Source: Spirochaetaceae bacterium (GTDB lineage: Bacteria > Spirochaetota > Spirochaetia > B11-G9). From it: a stretch of DNA of 35,674 nucleotides. The stretch is from assembly GCA_015493635.1 (NCBI GenBank), contig WGCU01000076.1, positions 1 through 35,674 on the forward strand, given 5' to 3'. Of this stretch, positions 8,986 to 17,155 are shown one piece after another. A program made the translations under genes and the position numbers. Below the pieces are notes generated by a model. That model had not been told where the DNA came from and made no database searches. It was given only the letters and a program-made list of their open reading frames with translations. Every line of letters begins with the position of its first letter. The stretch's first letter is position 1.

Positions 8986-10218
8986 TTATATGCTTTTTAA
9001 AGCTTCAACCGGTTCCACGTGAGCTGTTTTTCTGGTGGGAAAGATTGTCGCCAGGGAAGATACTGCAACAGAGTAGATAAACACCCCAATCGTGGATTTA
9101 ATGGTGAGGACCGGCTTTATTATGTCAGAGACCTCAAAGTCAACTCCCTGCATGGCAGCACCGAAATTAATACCAGTTCTGGAAAGAGGAAGTGTAATCC
9201 CTATACCGATAATAACCCCTGCAAGTGCACCTAAAATACCGATATAGAATGCCTCAAGAAAGAAAAGCCGCTGGATCTGTCCTCCCGTCATCCCCATGGC
9301 ACTTATTGTCCCTATTTCCTTCATCCGTTCGAAGATAACCATCATTGTGGTGTTTACAATAACAGTACTGGCAAGGATAAAAAATATCAGTGCAATAATA
9401 TCGTAGGAAAACTGGGCAATGCCCATAAGGGAAAGGGTTGTATCCAGGGATGTGTACACCTTTACCCCGGTTGAATTATCTCCCGCTTCCATGAGAAGCC
9501 GGCGGATCTGTTGAACGGTACTCTTCAGTTTTTTTCTGTCTGAAACCTTTACAAGAATTGCGGTAACTGCATCTTTTTCTTTCAGCAGCCTCTGTATCCG
9601 GGGAAGGGATGCGTAGAAGGTTGAACCGTTTAACCCGCCGATGCCGAAGGAAGCAATTCCCTCCACCCTGAAGGTCATGGCGTTGGAGCTCCGGTAGGCA
9701 GTGGTAGTCAAAACAGTAAATTTACTGCCGAGAGTAAGTCCCATTTTTTCAGCCAGCTTATAACCGATTACAACGCCGTTACTGCCTTTTACAGGAATAT
9801 GCCCCTTTTTTATGTATCCTCCAAGATCCTGAAACTTTTTCTCTTTTTCAAAATCAAGTCCCACCCCGTTAATATTAAAGGATTCACCGTTTTTATACAC
9901 AACCGCATAAAAGGGGATCCGGGGAACGGCAATGGCCGCATCCGGAAGCTCTTCGATTTTCTTTATTTTTATTTCAGCGTCCCTGATATTTAGAAATACT
10001 GGACTCATCATCTCGTTTTTGTCGTATTCCCTGTTCCTCAGACGGATTTCTCCTGTTATGTAGGAGGTAATGTTCCATTCCATATTGAGGATCATTCCAT
10101 GGATAAGGGCAAACATGAATACAATTGTCAAGGCAGCGACGGTAATTGCTGTCGCCGATAAAATACTCCTTTTTGTATTTCTCCGGATATTCCGCAGTGC
10201 TATTTTACTTAAATTCAT
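8986..10218 (-). CDS. ABC transporter permease of the FtsX/MacB type (LolE/LolC-like), with 4 TM segments and a large periplasmic domain.
   Basis: The N-terminal ALRNIRRNTKRS TM1 is followed by a roughly 220-aa extracytoplasmic domain and a C-terminal FtsX TM bundle. It is 410 aa. Confidence 0.85.
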   Translation of the reverse strand: MNLSKIALRNIRRNTKRSILSATAITVAALTIVFMFALIHGMILNMEWNITSYITGEIRLRNREYDKNEMMSPVFLNIRDAEIKIKKIEELPDAAIAVPRIPFYAVVYKNGESFNINGVGLDFEKEKKFQDLGGYIKKGHIPVKGSNGVVIGYKLAEKMGLTLGSKFTVLTTTAYRSSNAMTFRVEGIASFGIGGLNGSTFYASLPRIQRLLKEKDAVTAILVKVSDRKKLKSTVQQIRRLLMEAGDNSTGVKVYTSLDTTLSLMGIAQFSYDIIALIFFILASTVIVNTTMMVIFERMKEIGTISAMGMTGGQIQRLFFLEAFYIGILGALAGVIIGIGITLPLSRTGINFGAAMQGVDFEVSDIIKPVLTIKSTIGVFIYSVAVSSLATIFPTRKTAHVEPVEALKSI

Positions 10219-10230
10219 CTTTATCCCCTC

Positions 10231-11484
10231 TTATACGTTTCTCAGAGCGTCGGTGATCTCCATCTTCAACCCTCTCTTTACCGGGATCCATGCAGCGGCA
10301 ACTGCCAGGATAATCCCTATGAAAAACGCCTTGATCATGGTTGCGGGATTCCAGGCACCGTAGAGAACTCCGGAAACCCTGTAGCCCATGTCAGCTTTCC
10401 GCAGGATGGAGGAATAGTCAATTCCCCAGTGAATGATGAGAAAATCAAGAAGGATACCGAAAAGTATCCCGGCCAGGGAACCGATAACACCGATCCCTGC
10501 AGCTTCGAGCAGAAAAGCTCTGCGTACCTGTTTGTCCTCCATTCCCATTGCTCTCATCATTCCCAGTTCCCTTTCCCGTTCAAAAACAGCCATCAGCATG
10601 GTGTTGGATACTCCGACAATGGCAATAACAAAAATGAGCAGAAGGATAATGCCTGAAGATTTTGACTTCATTTCCGCCAGAGCAATGAAATCGGAAGCCA
10701 GCTCACGCCAGGTCTTTATATTAACCTTTTTTGCAAGAGGTCCAAGTTTGTCCAGGACCTCAGCACCTGGTTTCCCGGTATTTCTGTAATTGGGGTACTT
10801 CATGTCTATCTCGGTTACCCCGCCGTTCATGTCAAGGTACGTATCCGAGGTATTCAGGGGGATAAAGAGGGATGCTCTGTTGATATACGGATTCGGGCAG
10901 TTTACAATACCGACAATTGTTGTATCGATGACTTGTCTGTAACCGTCTTTCGTTCGGGTTGTTATGCTTAAAGGAAACCCTACGTCAGCTCCTATATCTT
11001 CGGCAAACCAGGACCCGATTAAAACTCCGTTCTCTCCGGGGGTTAGCCAGCGTCCTTTAATAACGGTATTTTTAAACCGGAACACCGTATTATCCCTGGC
11101 GGGATCAATGGCAAATATTTTTGTGAATATTGATCCGTCCTCCGGGTAAGGGTCTTTGTAAACAATAACTTCTCCGCTGAAAACTGTCCGGGGCACAGCT
11201 TTAATTCCGATGCTCTTCAGGATGCCGAGAATCTGATCCTTGTTATCTATCGTGTACTTCAGTGGAAGGGTATCCTTTTCTTTCCAGTATCCTTTATCCA
11301 TTATTCTGGCGGAACTGGTTTCATACCAGATTAAATTTCTCTCCGATTCCTCAGAAATTCCCACAAGTATGGAATCGGTAAATATATACAACCCGATTCC
11401 GAAGGCAAGAGCCAGGGAGGTAATTACTGTTCTTTTCCGGTAACGTGACAGGTTTTTCCATGCAAACTGAATTAAAAACTTCAT
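10231..11484 (-). CDS. ABC transporter permease of the FtsX/MacB type (LolC/LolE-like). I trimmed the start to the Met of MKFLIQFAWKNLSRYRK, because the ORF-track start at 11568 would overlap the upstream ATPase by 74 nt.
   Basis: It has FtsX architecture. The trimmed start lies 10 nt after the ATPase stop. Confidence 0.85.
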   Translation of the reverse strand: MKFLIQFAWKNLSRYRKRTVITSLALAFGIGLYIFTDSILVGISEESERNLIWYETSSARIMDKGYWKEKDTLPLKYTIDNKDQILGILKSIGIKAVPRTVFSGEVIVYKDPYPEDGSIFTKIFAIDPARDNTVFRFKNTVIKGRWLTPGENGVLIGSWFAEDIGADVGFPLSITTRTKDGYRQVIDTTIVGIVNCPNPYINRASLFIPLNTSDTYLDMNGGVTEIDMKYPNYRNTGKPGAEVLDKLGPLAKKVNIKTWRELASDFIALAEMKSKSSGIILLLIFVIAIVGVSNTMLMAVFERERELGMMRAMGMEDKQVRRAFLLEAAGIGVIGSLAGILFGILLDFLIIHWGIDYSSILRKADMGYRVSGVLYGAWNPATMIKAFFIGIILAVAAAWIPVKRGLKMEITDALRNV

Positions 11485-11494
11485 CAGTTTCCCC

Positions 11495-12187
11495 CTAACC
11501 CTTTGCCGAAGGGTTTGTTTTATCGTCCTGAATAGTTCCATCGTGGAGGCGTATAAGGCGGTTTGCATAGTCCATCACCATCTGGTCATGGGTAGAGAAA
11601 ACAAAGGTTGTTTTGTGCTTTCTGTTCATTGTCTTCATCAGCTTCAGGATATCTTCCCCGGTTTTCGAATCCAGATTGGCCGTCGGTTCATCTGCAAGAA
11701 CGATTAAAGGATCCTTTATAAGCGCCCGTGCTATGGCAATTCTCTGCTGCTGTCCGCCTGAGAGCTGATGAGGCAGCCGGTACTCCATCCCTTTCAAGCC
11801 GACTTCTTCGAGCAGATTCAGGGTCCGCTCTTCAATTTTTTTCTCAGGGACATTCAGCAGAGACAGAGCAAAAGAGATATTTTCGAAAGCAGTTAAAACG
11901 GGGATCAGGTTGAAGGATTGAAAAACAAAACCTATTTTCTTCCTTCTTAAAAGAGCCAGTTCCTTCTTTGACTGGTCATGGATAATTTCGTTATCAATCA
12001 GGATTGTTCCTTCGTCTGCTTTGTCAAGGCATCCAACAAGATTGAGAAGAGTCGTTTTCCCTGAACCTGAAGGACCTGCAATTGACATGAACTCTCCCTT
12101 CTCTATAACAAAGGTTACTCCCCTTAACGCATGTACCTCCGTCTCGCCTGTGTGATAGGATTTTTTTACATTTTTAACCTGTATCAT
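11495..12187 (-). CDS. ABC transporter ATP-binding protein of the LolD/MacB family.
   Basis: Walker [10 protein letters not shown], signature [15 protein letters not shown], Walker B LADEPT and H-loop STHD are present. At 230 aa it has a typical LolD-like length. Confidence 0.9.
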   Translation of the reverse strand: MIQVKNVKKSYHTGETEVHALRGVTFVIEKGEFMSIAGPSGSGKTTLLNLVGCLDKADEGTILIDNEIIHDQSKKELALLRRKKIGFVFQSFNLIPVLTAFENISFALSLLNVPEKKIEERTLNLLEEVGLKGMEYRLPHQLSGGQQQRIAIARALIKDPLIVLADEPTANLDSKTGEDILKLMKTMNRKHKTTFVFSTHDQMVMDYANRLIRLHDGTIQDDKTNPSAKG

Positions 12188-13278
12188 ATCGTTTCTCCTT
12201 TCGTTTTTTCTGCCTTTTTAATGGAATCTGTCTCCTTCAAGGCGGAAAGGCCTGCTATTGTTCCTATATTCATGCTGTCCAGAGCGGAAGAGGGAAGTAC
12301 CATCATGGAGCTGTTTTTCCGAATCCCCTCATATGCCATATTCATTGCCCGCAGGTGAAGGGCCGTTGGATTTGATTTGTATGATTCTGAAGCCAGCTCA
12401 AACTTCTTTGCTATTTCCACTTCTGCAGATCCGAGAATGACTCTCGCTTCCTTTTCCCGTTCAGCCTGCGCAACACGGCTCATCGCATCTTCAAGATTCT
12501 CCGGGATAATAATGTCGGTAAACTCTACAGAAAGGATGGAGATTCCCCAGGGATTTGTTTTTTCGTCAAGAATATGCTGAATTTCATTACAGATAAAGGC
12601 CCGGTCGGAGAGAAGTGTAGAGAGGTTGTTTTTACCGATGGACGCCCGCAGGGCTGTCTGTGCCGAGAGGGTAACAGCTTCCAGAAAGTTCTCTACTTCC
12701 AGAACAGCCTTCTGCGCGTCCCAGATCATCCAGAAGGCAAGAGCGTCCACATGGACAGGTACCGTATCTTTGGTTAGTGATTTTTCCGCACTGAAATCTG
12801 TAGCCCGTATACGGGTGTCAATCCTGGCTGATATACGGTCTATCAGGGGCAGTATAAAGGTAATACCCGAGCCCTTGACCTTGTTAAACTTTCCCCGGCG
12901 GAGAAGAACACCTCGTTCCCATTCAAGGATAATCTGCAGACAGGGTGAAAGCAGTATACCCAGGGATAGAAAGAAAAAAAGCGGATAGAGCGGTACGGGT
13001 GAAAAGAAGAACATGGAAACCCATACACCAACAATCATTATTATGGTAACCGGCCACAGGGGAAGAAGTGTAAGAAGAATACCCGTGAGTATTGTTTCTC
13101 CGGCAGTTTTCGCAATGATAAGGGCAGATAGAGAGCCTGTCAGGAAATTCTGAATAAGAACTCCGGCCAGAAAAAACAGGCCGAGGAACAGAAATGAAAG
13201 AACACTGAATGAAAAATCCTTCTTTAAGGTAAATTCCGGCATATTTTTAATCCGGGTGAAACTTTGCTTTCTATGCAT
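12184..13278 (-). CDS. SPFH/band-7 (slipin/stomatin-like) membrane protein with an N-terminal multi-TM region.
   Basis: The band-7 core (ITFILPLIDRISARIDTRIRATDF...SAEKSLTKD..., EAVTLSAQTALRASIG) is present, followed by a coiled-coil AQAEREKEARV region. Its stop overlaps the ATPase start by 4 nt. Confidence 0.8.
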   Translation of the reverse strand: MHRKQSFTRIKNMPEFTLKKDFSFSVLSFLFLGLFFLAGVLIQNFLTGSLSALIIAKTAGETILTGILLTLLPLWPVTIIMIVGVWVSMFFFSPVPLYPLFFFLSLGILLSPCLQIILEWERGVLLRRGKFNKVKGSGITFILPLIDRISARIDTRIRATDFSAEKSLTKDTVPVHVDALAFWMIWDAQKAVLEVENFLEAVTLSAQTALRASIGKNNLSTLLSDRAFICNEIQHILDEKTNPWGISILSVEFTDIIIPENLEDAMSRVAQAEREKEARVILGSAEVEIAKKFELASESYKSNPTALHLRAMNMAYEGIRKNSSMMVLPSSALDSMNIGTIAGLSALKETDSIKKAEKTKGETI

Positions 13279-13681
13279 GATTTGTCTCCTTTACATCTGT
13301 TAAACTTTGTAGATATGCGGCAACTTCCTTAAGGGAAAACCCGTAAGCCCTGGCATTGGCAATAAAAGGACGGGTAATCTCGATAAGTATTTTTTCTCTT
13401 TCAATATCAGAAACGGTTATCTCTTTAGTGCTTATAAAGGTTCCTGTTCCCTGCTGTGTTGTTACAATTCCCCTAATTTCAAGTTCGTTGTATGCCCGGG
13501 CGACAGTGTTAGGATTTATTTTTAAGTATACTGCCAGACCCCTTACGGTCGGGAGCTGCTCTCCCGTTGCGAGTCTGCCGTCCGCGATTGCCATTTCAAC
13601 CTGAAGGATAATCTGTTTATAGAAGGGGACGCCGCTTTTAAGGTCAAGGGTGAACTTTAAAGACATTACCGTTGGTTTCAT
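13271..13681 (-). CDS. GntR-family transcriptional regulator, YtrA-like short subfamily, and the first gene of the operon.
   Basis: The winged-HTH is LPTVRGLAVYLKINPNTVARAYNELEIRGIVTTQQGTGTFI. A short C-terminal domain, 136 aa in total, is typical of YtrA-like regulators of ABC transporter operons. Confidence 0.85.
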   Translation of the reverse strand: MKPTVMSLKFTLDLKSGVPFYKQIILQVEMAIADGRLATGEQLPTVRGLAVYLKINPNTVARAYNELEIRGIVTTQQGTGTFISTKEITVSDIEREKILIEITRPFIANARAYGFSLKEVAAYLQSLTDVKETNHA

Positions 13682-13723
13682 AATCTTTCTTGTCCTAGTG
13701 TATTAAAGTATTAGTACAATAGA

Positions 13724-13752
13724 AGTATAGAAGCAGTATAGATGTTTGTCAA
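13724..13752 (-). promoter_or_regulatory. Strong sigma70-type promoter for the GntR operon. It reads TTGACA-N17-TATACT on the minus strand, with an operator-like repeat element (13697-13717) downstream of it.
   Basis: The plus-strand tgtcaa (13747-13752) and agtata (13724-13729) are the reverse complements of TTGACA and TATACT, with a 17-nt spacer. Confidence 0.55.
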
Positions 13753-13759
13753 GAAAAAA

Positions 13760-14188
13760 TTACCGGTAGTGCCTTCCTTCGATAAAGGTCAGCAGATGCC
13801 GTGCTTCGGTATTGGAAGATAAGCGCGCCGCACGCAGTATTTTGTCAATGGGAGTGCAGCCTGAAAATGCTATGGCAGCCTGGTTTACACTCAAAGGGCG
13901 GGACGGAGGTGATGTCCCCTCGATAATCCAGACCCCGGCAACAGTTCCGCTCATATGTTTGCCAAAGAGCTCCCCTGCAATATAAAAGTTGTTCGGGTAA
14001 CGTTTTGACGGTGTCATATAGACATTTTTAAGTTCAACACCCTTGTTTAAATTTCGTACAATAAGGTGTGTGTAGGACTGAGGACTTTTGGTAATATCTT
14101 TAAAACGGTTACTGAAGCAGCCGGAAAGGATTATGAGTACGGTTGCAAGAAGTGCTGCCCGGCAGTATAAGGCGGTGTGTTGTTTCAT
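13760..14188 (-). CDS. Hypothetical lipoprotein. I trimmed the start to MKQHTALYCRAALLATVLIILSGC.
   Basis: It has a lipoprotein signal peptide with a lipobox Cys, an AAGGA RBS before the internal ATG, and no recognisable domain. Confidence 0.55.
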   Translation of the reverse strand: MKQHTALYCRAALLATVLIILSGCFSNRFKDITKSPQSYTHLIVRNLNKGVELKNVYMTPSKRYPNNFYIAGELFGKHMSGTVAGVWIIEGTSPPSRPLSVNQAAIAFSGCTPIDKILRAARLSSNTEARHLLTFIEGRHYR

Positions 14189-14198
14189 CGCGGATTCC

Positions 14199-14378
14199 TT
14201 ATTTGAAAAGTTTTGCAAGAAAGACAGCAATACCAATGGAGAAGACTCCGGTGAATAAGGCTATAACATAAGGATTAAAACCAAACTTGTGACCATAAAG
14301 TGTTCCGAGGTACCCTGCAGCTAAGCCGCCGATACTACCGCCGATGATACCGATAATCAATGCTTTTTTTTGATACAT
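14199..14378 (-). CDS. Small (59 aa) glycine-zipper two-TM membrane protein. I trimmed the start to MYQKKALIIG.
   Basis: The IIGIIGGSIGGLAAGYLG glycine-zipper motif is present. I chose the internal ATG at 14376-14378 because the 5' extension in the ORF track is AT-rich upstream sequence. Confidence 0.5.
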   Translation of the reverse strand: MYQKKALIIGIIGGSIGGLAAGYLGTLYGHKFGFNPYVIALFTGVFSIGIAVFLAKLFK

Positions 14379-14517
14379 GGTTTTTTTGGTCCCCTTATTA
14401 ATTAATTTCTTCTGATTATGCGGGAAAAAGAGTATTAACGCAAGATAAAAAATACTGCAAATGTCCCAAATATAGTTATTATCTCCAATTTTAGAATAAA
14501 ATAAGACAGAAAAAAAC

Positions 14518-14548
14518 TTGACAACCAATATTCTTGGTTTAGTATATA
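14518..14548 (+). promoter_or_regulatory. Sigma70-like promoter (TTGACA-N16-TAGTAT) for the permease gene.
   Basis: The hexamers are at 14518-14523 and 14540-14545. Confidence 0.45.
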
Positions 14549-14583
14549 GAGGTACTGAATTATTGGATCAGTTTTCTTTGGCA

Positions 14584-14614
14584 ATAACCCGCATTGCGGG
14601 ATATAATTTTTTTT
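14584..14614 (+). promoter_or_regulatory. Leader stem-loop with a U-tract, attenuator- or terminator-like. The stem is ataacccgc / gcgggatat with one A.A mismatch, the loop is att, and T8 follows 2 nt after the stem, ending 12 nt before the ATG.
   Basis: I read this directly from the sequence. The RBS AGGAGGA (14616-14622) lies immediately after the T-run. Confidence 0.45.
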
Positions 14615-14626
14615 CAGGAGGAGCTT

Positions 14627-16048
14627 ATGGCAGATGCCACAGAAAGAGAAGGACATCAAATGGTTAAAGGAATCAGTTTTATAGGACTGGTTGCTCTTGC
14701 CAGCGGAACGGTAACGGGTGTCGGATTTCTCATGATGAGCGGTGATATAGTAGCCGCAGTAGGTAGTTTTAATCTTATAACGGCTTACATAGTCGGTATG
14801 GCCGCTGAAATTATCGCTATGCTTGCTACTGCAACGGTAGCTTCAAGTTATCCGTCAGCAGGAAGTGTAACTACCTACGCCCGTAAAATTATAGGGAGTG
14901 ATACCCTGGGATTTCTTACCGCGGTAGCGTTATGGCTGGGAATGATTGCCATTGATGGAGCTGAGCTTATGGCTTTCGGACGGTACATCTATTATTTTCT
15001 GCCGCAGATTAACTACTACTGGTGGGGAATAATTATTACTGTTGTCTTTATTATTATCAACCTCTTCGGTGTAATAATGACCTCGAGAACACAATCTATT
15101 TTAGGTTTGATTATGTGGTCGGCACTCCTGGCAGTACCTATCGTTGTTTTTACTTCAGGGAAAGTAAATATATCCTACTGGCATGTTATGAAAGAAACAA
15201 TACATATGTCTGACTGGATGACCGCTATTTTCTTTGGTGTATACTGTTATGTAGGGTTTGTTACCATTCTGCCTGCTGCAGAAGAAACTATTAAACCGGA
15301 AAGAAGAATACCGGCAGCCATGCTTACCGGTACCCTTATAACCGGATTTCTCTATATTACCGGCGGACTGGCAATTATTTCCCTTCGTCCGGAAAACCAA
15401 TTACTTGCTCTTGCTCCTTCAGGACCTTTCGCAAGTGTATGGGTAAAGGCAATGGAAGTCCTCTGGCATGGGAAAGGTGCTGTATTTATGAACTTTGCGG
15501 CAATGACTACTTCCCTTACAACGGCCAATGCCTGTATCTACGGAGGCGCGCGAATGCTCTATGGTATGTCCCGGGAGAGGCAGCTTCCTGAATCATTCAG
15601 AAAAATTAATCCCGGTCATAAGACACCGACTGTACCTATCGTTGTGACGGGTCTTTTTATCCTGATAGCAGTTGTTTCAGGGGCTATAAGAATTGTTTCT
15701 GTTATTGCAAACTTTGTATTCTTTCCCCTCTGGCTCGTTATTGCAATTGCTTCTTACATGAACCTCTCTCAGATTAAGAAGAGCGGCCGAAGCTACAAGG
15801 AAGCAATTCCCTTTTATGTTCCGGGTGGACGGTTATGGGCAACCCTAACCATAATTCTTTCGGTTATATTAACCATCGTTACCTTCCTTGCAACGGACGA
15901 TGTTGTTATCGGCGGACTTATTGCCGTAGCGTTCTTTGTTGCTACCTGGTTGTGGTACGTCTGGTGGAAGGGTCATAACAAGAAAAAGGGTATTGATATT
16001 GTTGCGGAAGCGGAAAAATATGAATCTATTCCGTCAGACTGGGAGTAG
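14627..16048 (+). CDS. APC-superfamily amino acid/polyamine/organocation permease with about 12 TM segments.
   Basis: It is hydrophobic throughout and shows APC-family spacing of Gly-rich TM segments. The start was moved to ATG 14627, which has a GGAGGA RBS. Confidence 0.8.
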   Translation: MADATEREGHQMVKGISFIGLVALASGTVTGVGFLMMSGDIVAAVGSFNLITAYIVGMAAEIIAMLATATVASSYPSAGSVTTYARKIIGSDTLGFLTAVALWLGMIAIDGAELMAFGRYIYYFLPQINYYWWGIIITVVFIIINLFGVIMTSRTQSILGLIMWSALLAVPIVVFTSGKVNISYWHVMKETIHMSDWMTAIFFGVYCYVGFVTILPAAEETIKPERRIPAAMLTGTLITGFLYITGGLAIISLRPENQLLALAPSGPFASVWVKAMEVLWHGKGAVFMNFAAMTTSLTTANACIYGGARMLYGMSRERQLPESFRKINPGHKTPTVPIVVTGLFILIAVVSGAIRIVSVIANFVFFPLWLVIAIASYMNLSQIKKSGRSYKEAIPFYVPGGRLWATLTIILSVILTIVTFLATDDVVIGGLIAVAFFVATWLWYVWWKGHNKKKGIDIVAEAEKYESIPSDWE

Positions 16049-16072
16049 AACCAGAGACGAATGAGGTAAAAG

Positions 16073-16110
16073 ACGGGAATCCGGAGCACTGTTTCCGGGT
16101 TCCCGTTTTC
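16073..16110 (+). terminator. Intrinsic terminator after the permease gene. It has a 12-bp stem with one G.U pair (16073-16084 and 16095-16106), loop agcactgttt, and a short T-run.
   Basis: I read this from the sequence. The T-tract is only 4 nt, so it may be a partial terminator. Confidence 0.45.
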
Positions 16111-16142
16111 CCATACTACTATTGAGGAGGGCTTTTAAAACT

Positions 16143-17099
16143 ATGGCAACAGAGCAGATTAATCTTCTTACAGCTGAGTTTACTGAAGATATAGTAACAG
16201 ACTTACTTCCCGATTGGCGGGGAGAAAAAATAGAAATTTCCATACTGTCCGGCGGCATTACCAACAAGCTGTATCGTGCATGGTGCAGTAAAGGTGATGT
16301 TGCCATACGGATATACGGTGATAAAACTGAAATGTTTATTGACAGGGATAGGGAGTACCGTGCTCTGACCCAGATGGCAGATGCCGGTATTACAACAAAG
16401 CCGGTTGCGTATCTGCCCGAAAAGCATGTGACCATTGTTGAATACCTGACAGGTGCGTATACGCTGAAGAATAAGGATTTTCTGCGTGATGATATGCGTG
16501 AAATGATTCTTGATCCTGTCCGGAGAATTCACACAAGCGGTGCGGTACTTGATTATATTTTTAATCCCTATGAACAGTGCATGAAACTGGGAGGCATTCT
16601 GGATAATCTGCATGTTGATTATCCCGAGTTTGATATAAAAGGCACGTTGAATGATCTGAAAAAACTTGATGAAAAGATTGATATCCCCCGGAAGGACTAT
16701 GTTATTACCCATAACGATCTTCTCGCGGATAATTTTATCATGGTAACTGATGAATACAAGGATAAATTTGAAAAACCTCTTTATATTATTGACTGGGAAT
16801 ACGGGGCAATGGGACCGCGGTACTATGATATAGCTGACATGTTTCAGGAAATCCTTGTCCCCCGGGAAGTGGAAAAGAGCATTGTGGAGCATTACTGTGA
16901 AGGGAAAGATTTTGATAAATCTCTCTACTACTGTGATATGTTCAAGCCTTTCCCTGATATTTACTGGTTTCTCTGGAGTTTGATACAGCTGAATGTCTCA
17001 ACCATAAAATTTGATTTTTATACGTACGGAAAAGAAAAATATGAGCATGCCCGTGAAAATATCGGGATACTTGTACAGGAATACGGAATAAAACTGTAG
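16143..17099 (+). CDS. Choline/ethanolamine-kinase-like phosphotransferase (APH/ChoK fold, LicA-like).
   Basis: It carries the Brenner motif VITHNDLLADNF and the IIDWEYGAMG motif typical of choline and aminoglycoside kinases. The start is at ATG 16143, which has a GAGGAG RBS. Confidence 0.75.
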   Translation: MATEQINLLTAEFTEDIVTDLLPDWRGEKIEISILSGGITNKLYRAWCSKGDVAIRIYGDKTEMFIDRDREYRALTQMADAGITTKPVAYLPEKHVTIVEYLTGAYTLKNKDFLRDDMREMILDPVRRIHTSGAVLDYIFNPYEQCMKLGGILDNLHVDYPEFDIKGTLNDLKKLDEKIDIPRKDYVITHNDLLADNFIMVTDEYKDKFEKPLYIIDWEYGAMGPRYYDIADMFQEILVPREVEKSIVEHYCEGKDFDKSLYYCDMFKPFPDIYWFLWSLIQLNVSTIKFDFYTYGKEKYEHARENIGILVQEYGIKL

Positions 17100-17155
17100 G
17101 TTATATCCGCATTTTATCGTTCATTTAAAAAAGTTGTTACTGTTTTTATGGTTTA

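Noticed and set aside
10231-11568. The N-terminal 28-codon extension of the FtsX permease ORF, overlapping the upstream ATPase gene by 74 nt.
   Set aside because: The internal Met (MKFLIQFAW...) lies 10 nt after the ATPase stop and begins the canonical FtsX N-terminus. The extension is an ORF-caller artefact.
16203-16892. A 229-aa minus-strand ORF antisense to the choline-kinase-like gene, together with similar antisense ORFs inside the rlmKL, tctA, APC permease and FtsX genes.
   Set aside because: These overlap well-supported genes on the opposite strand and are typical AT-rich antisense frames.
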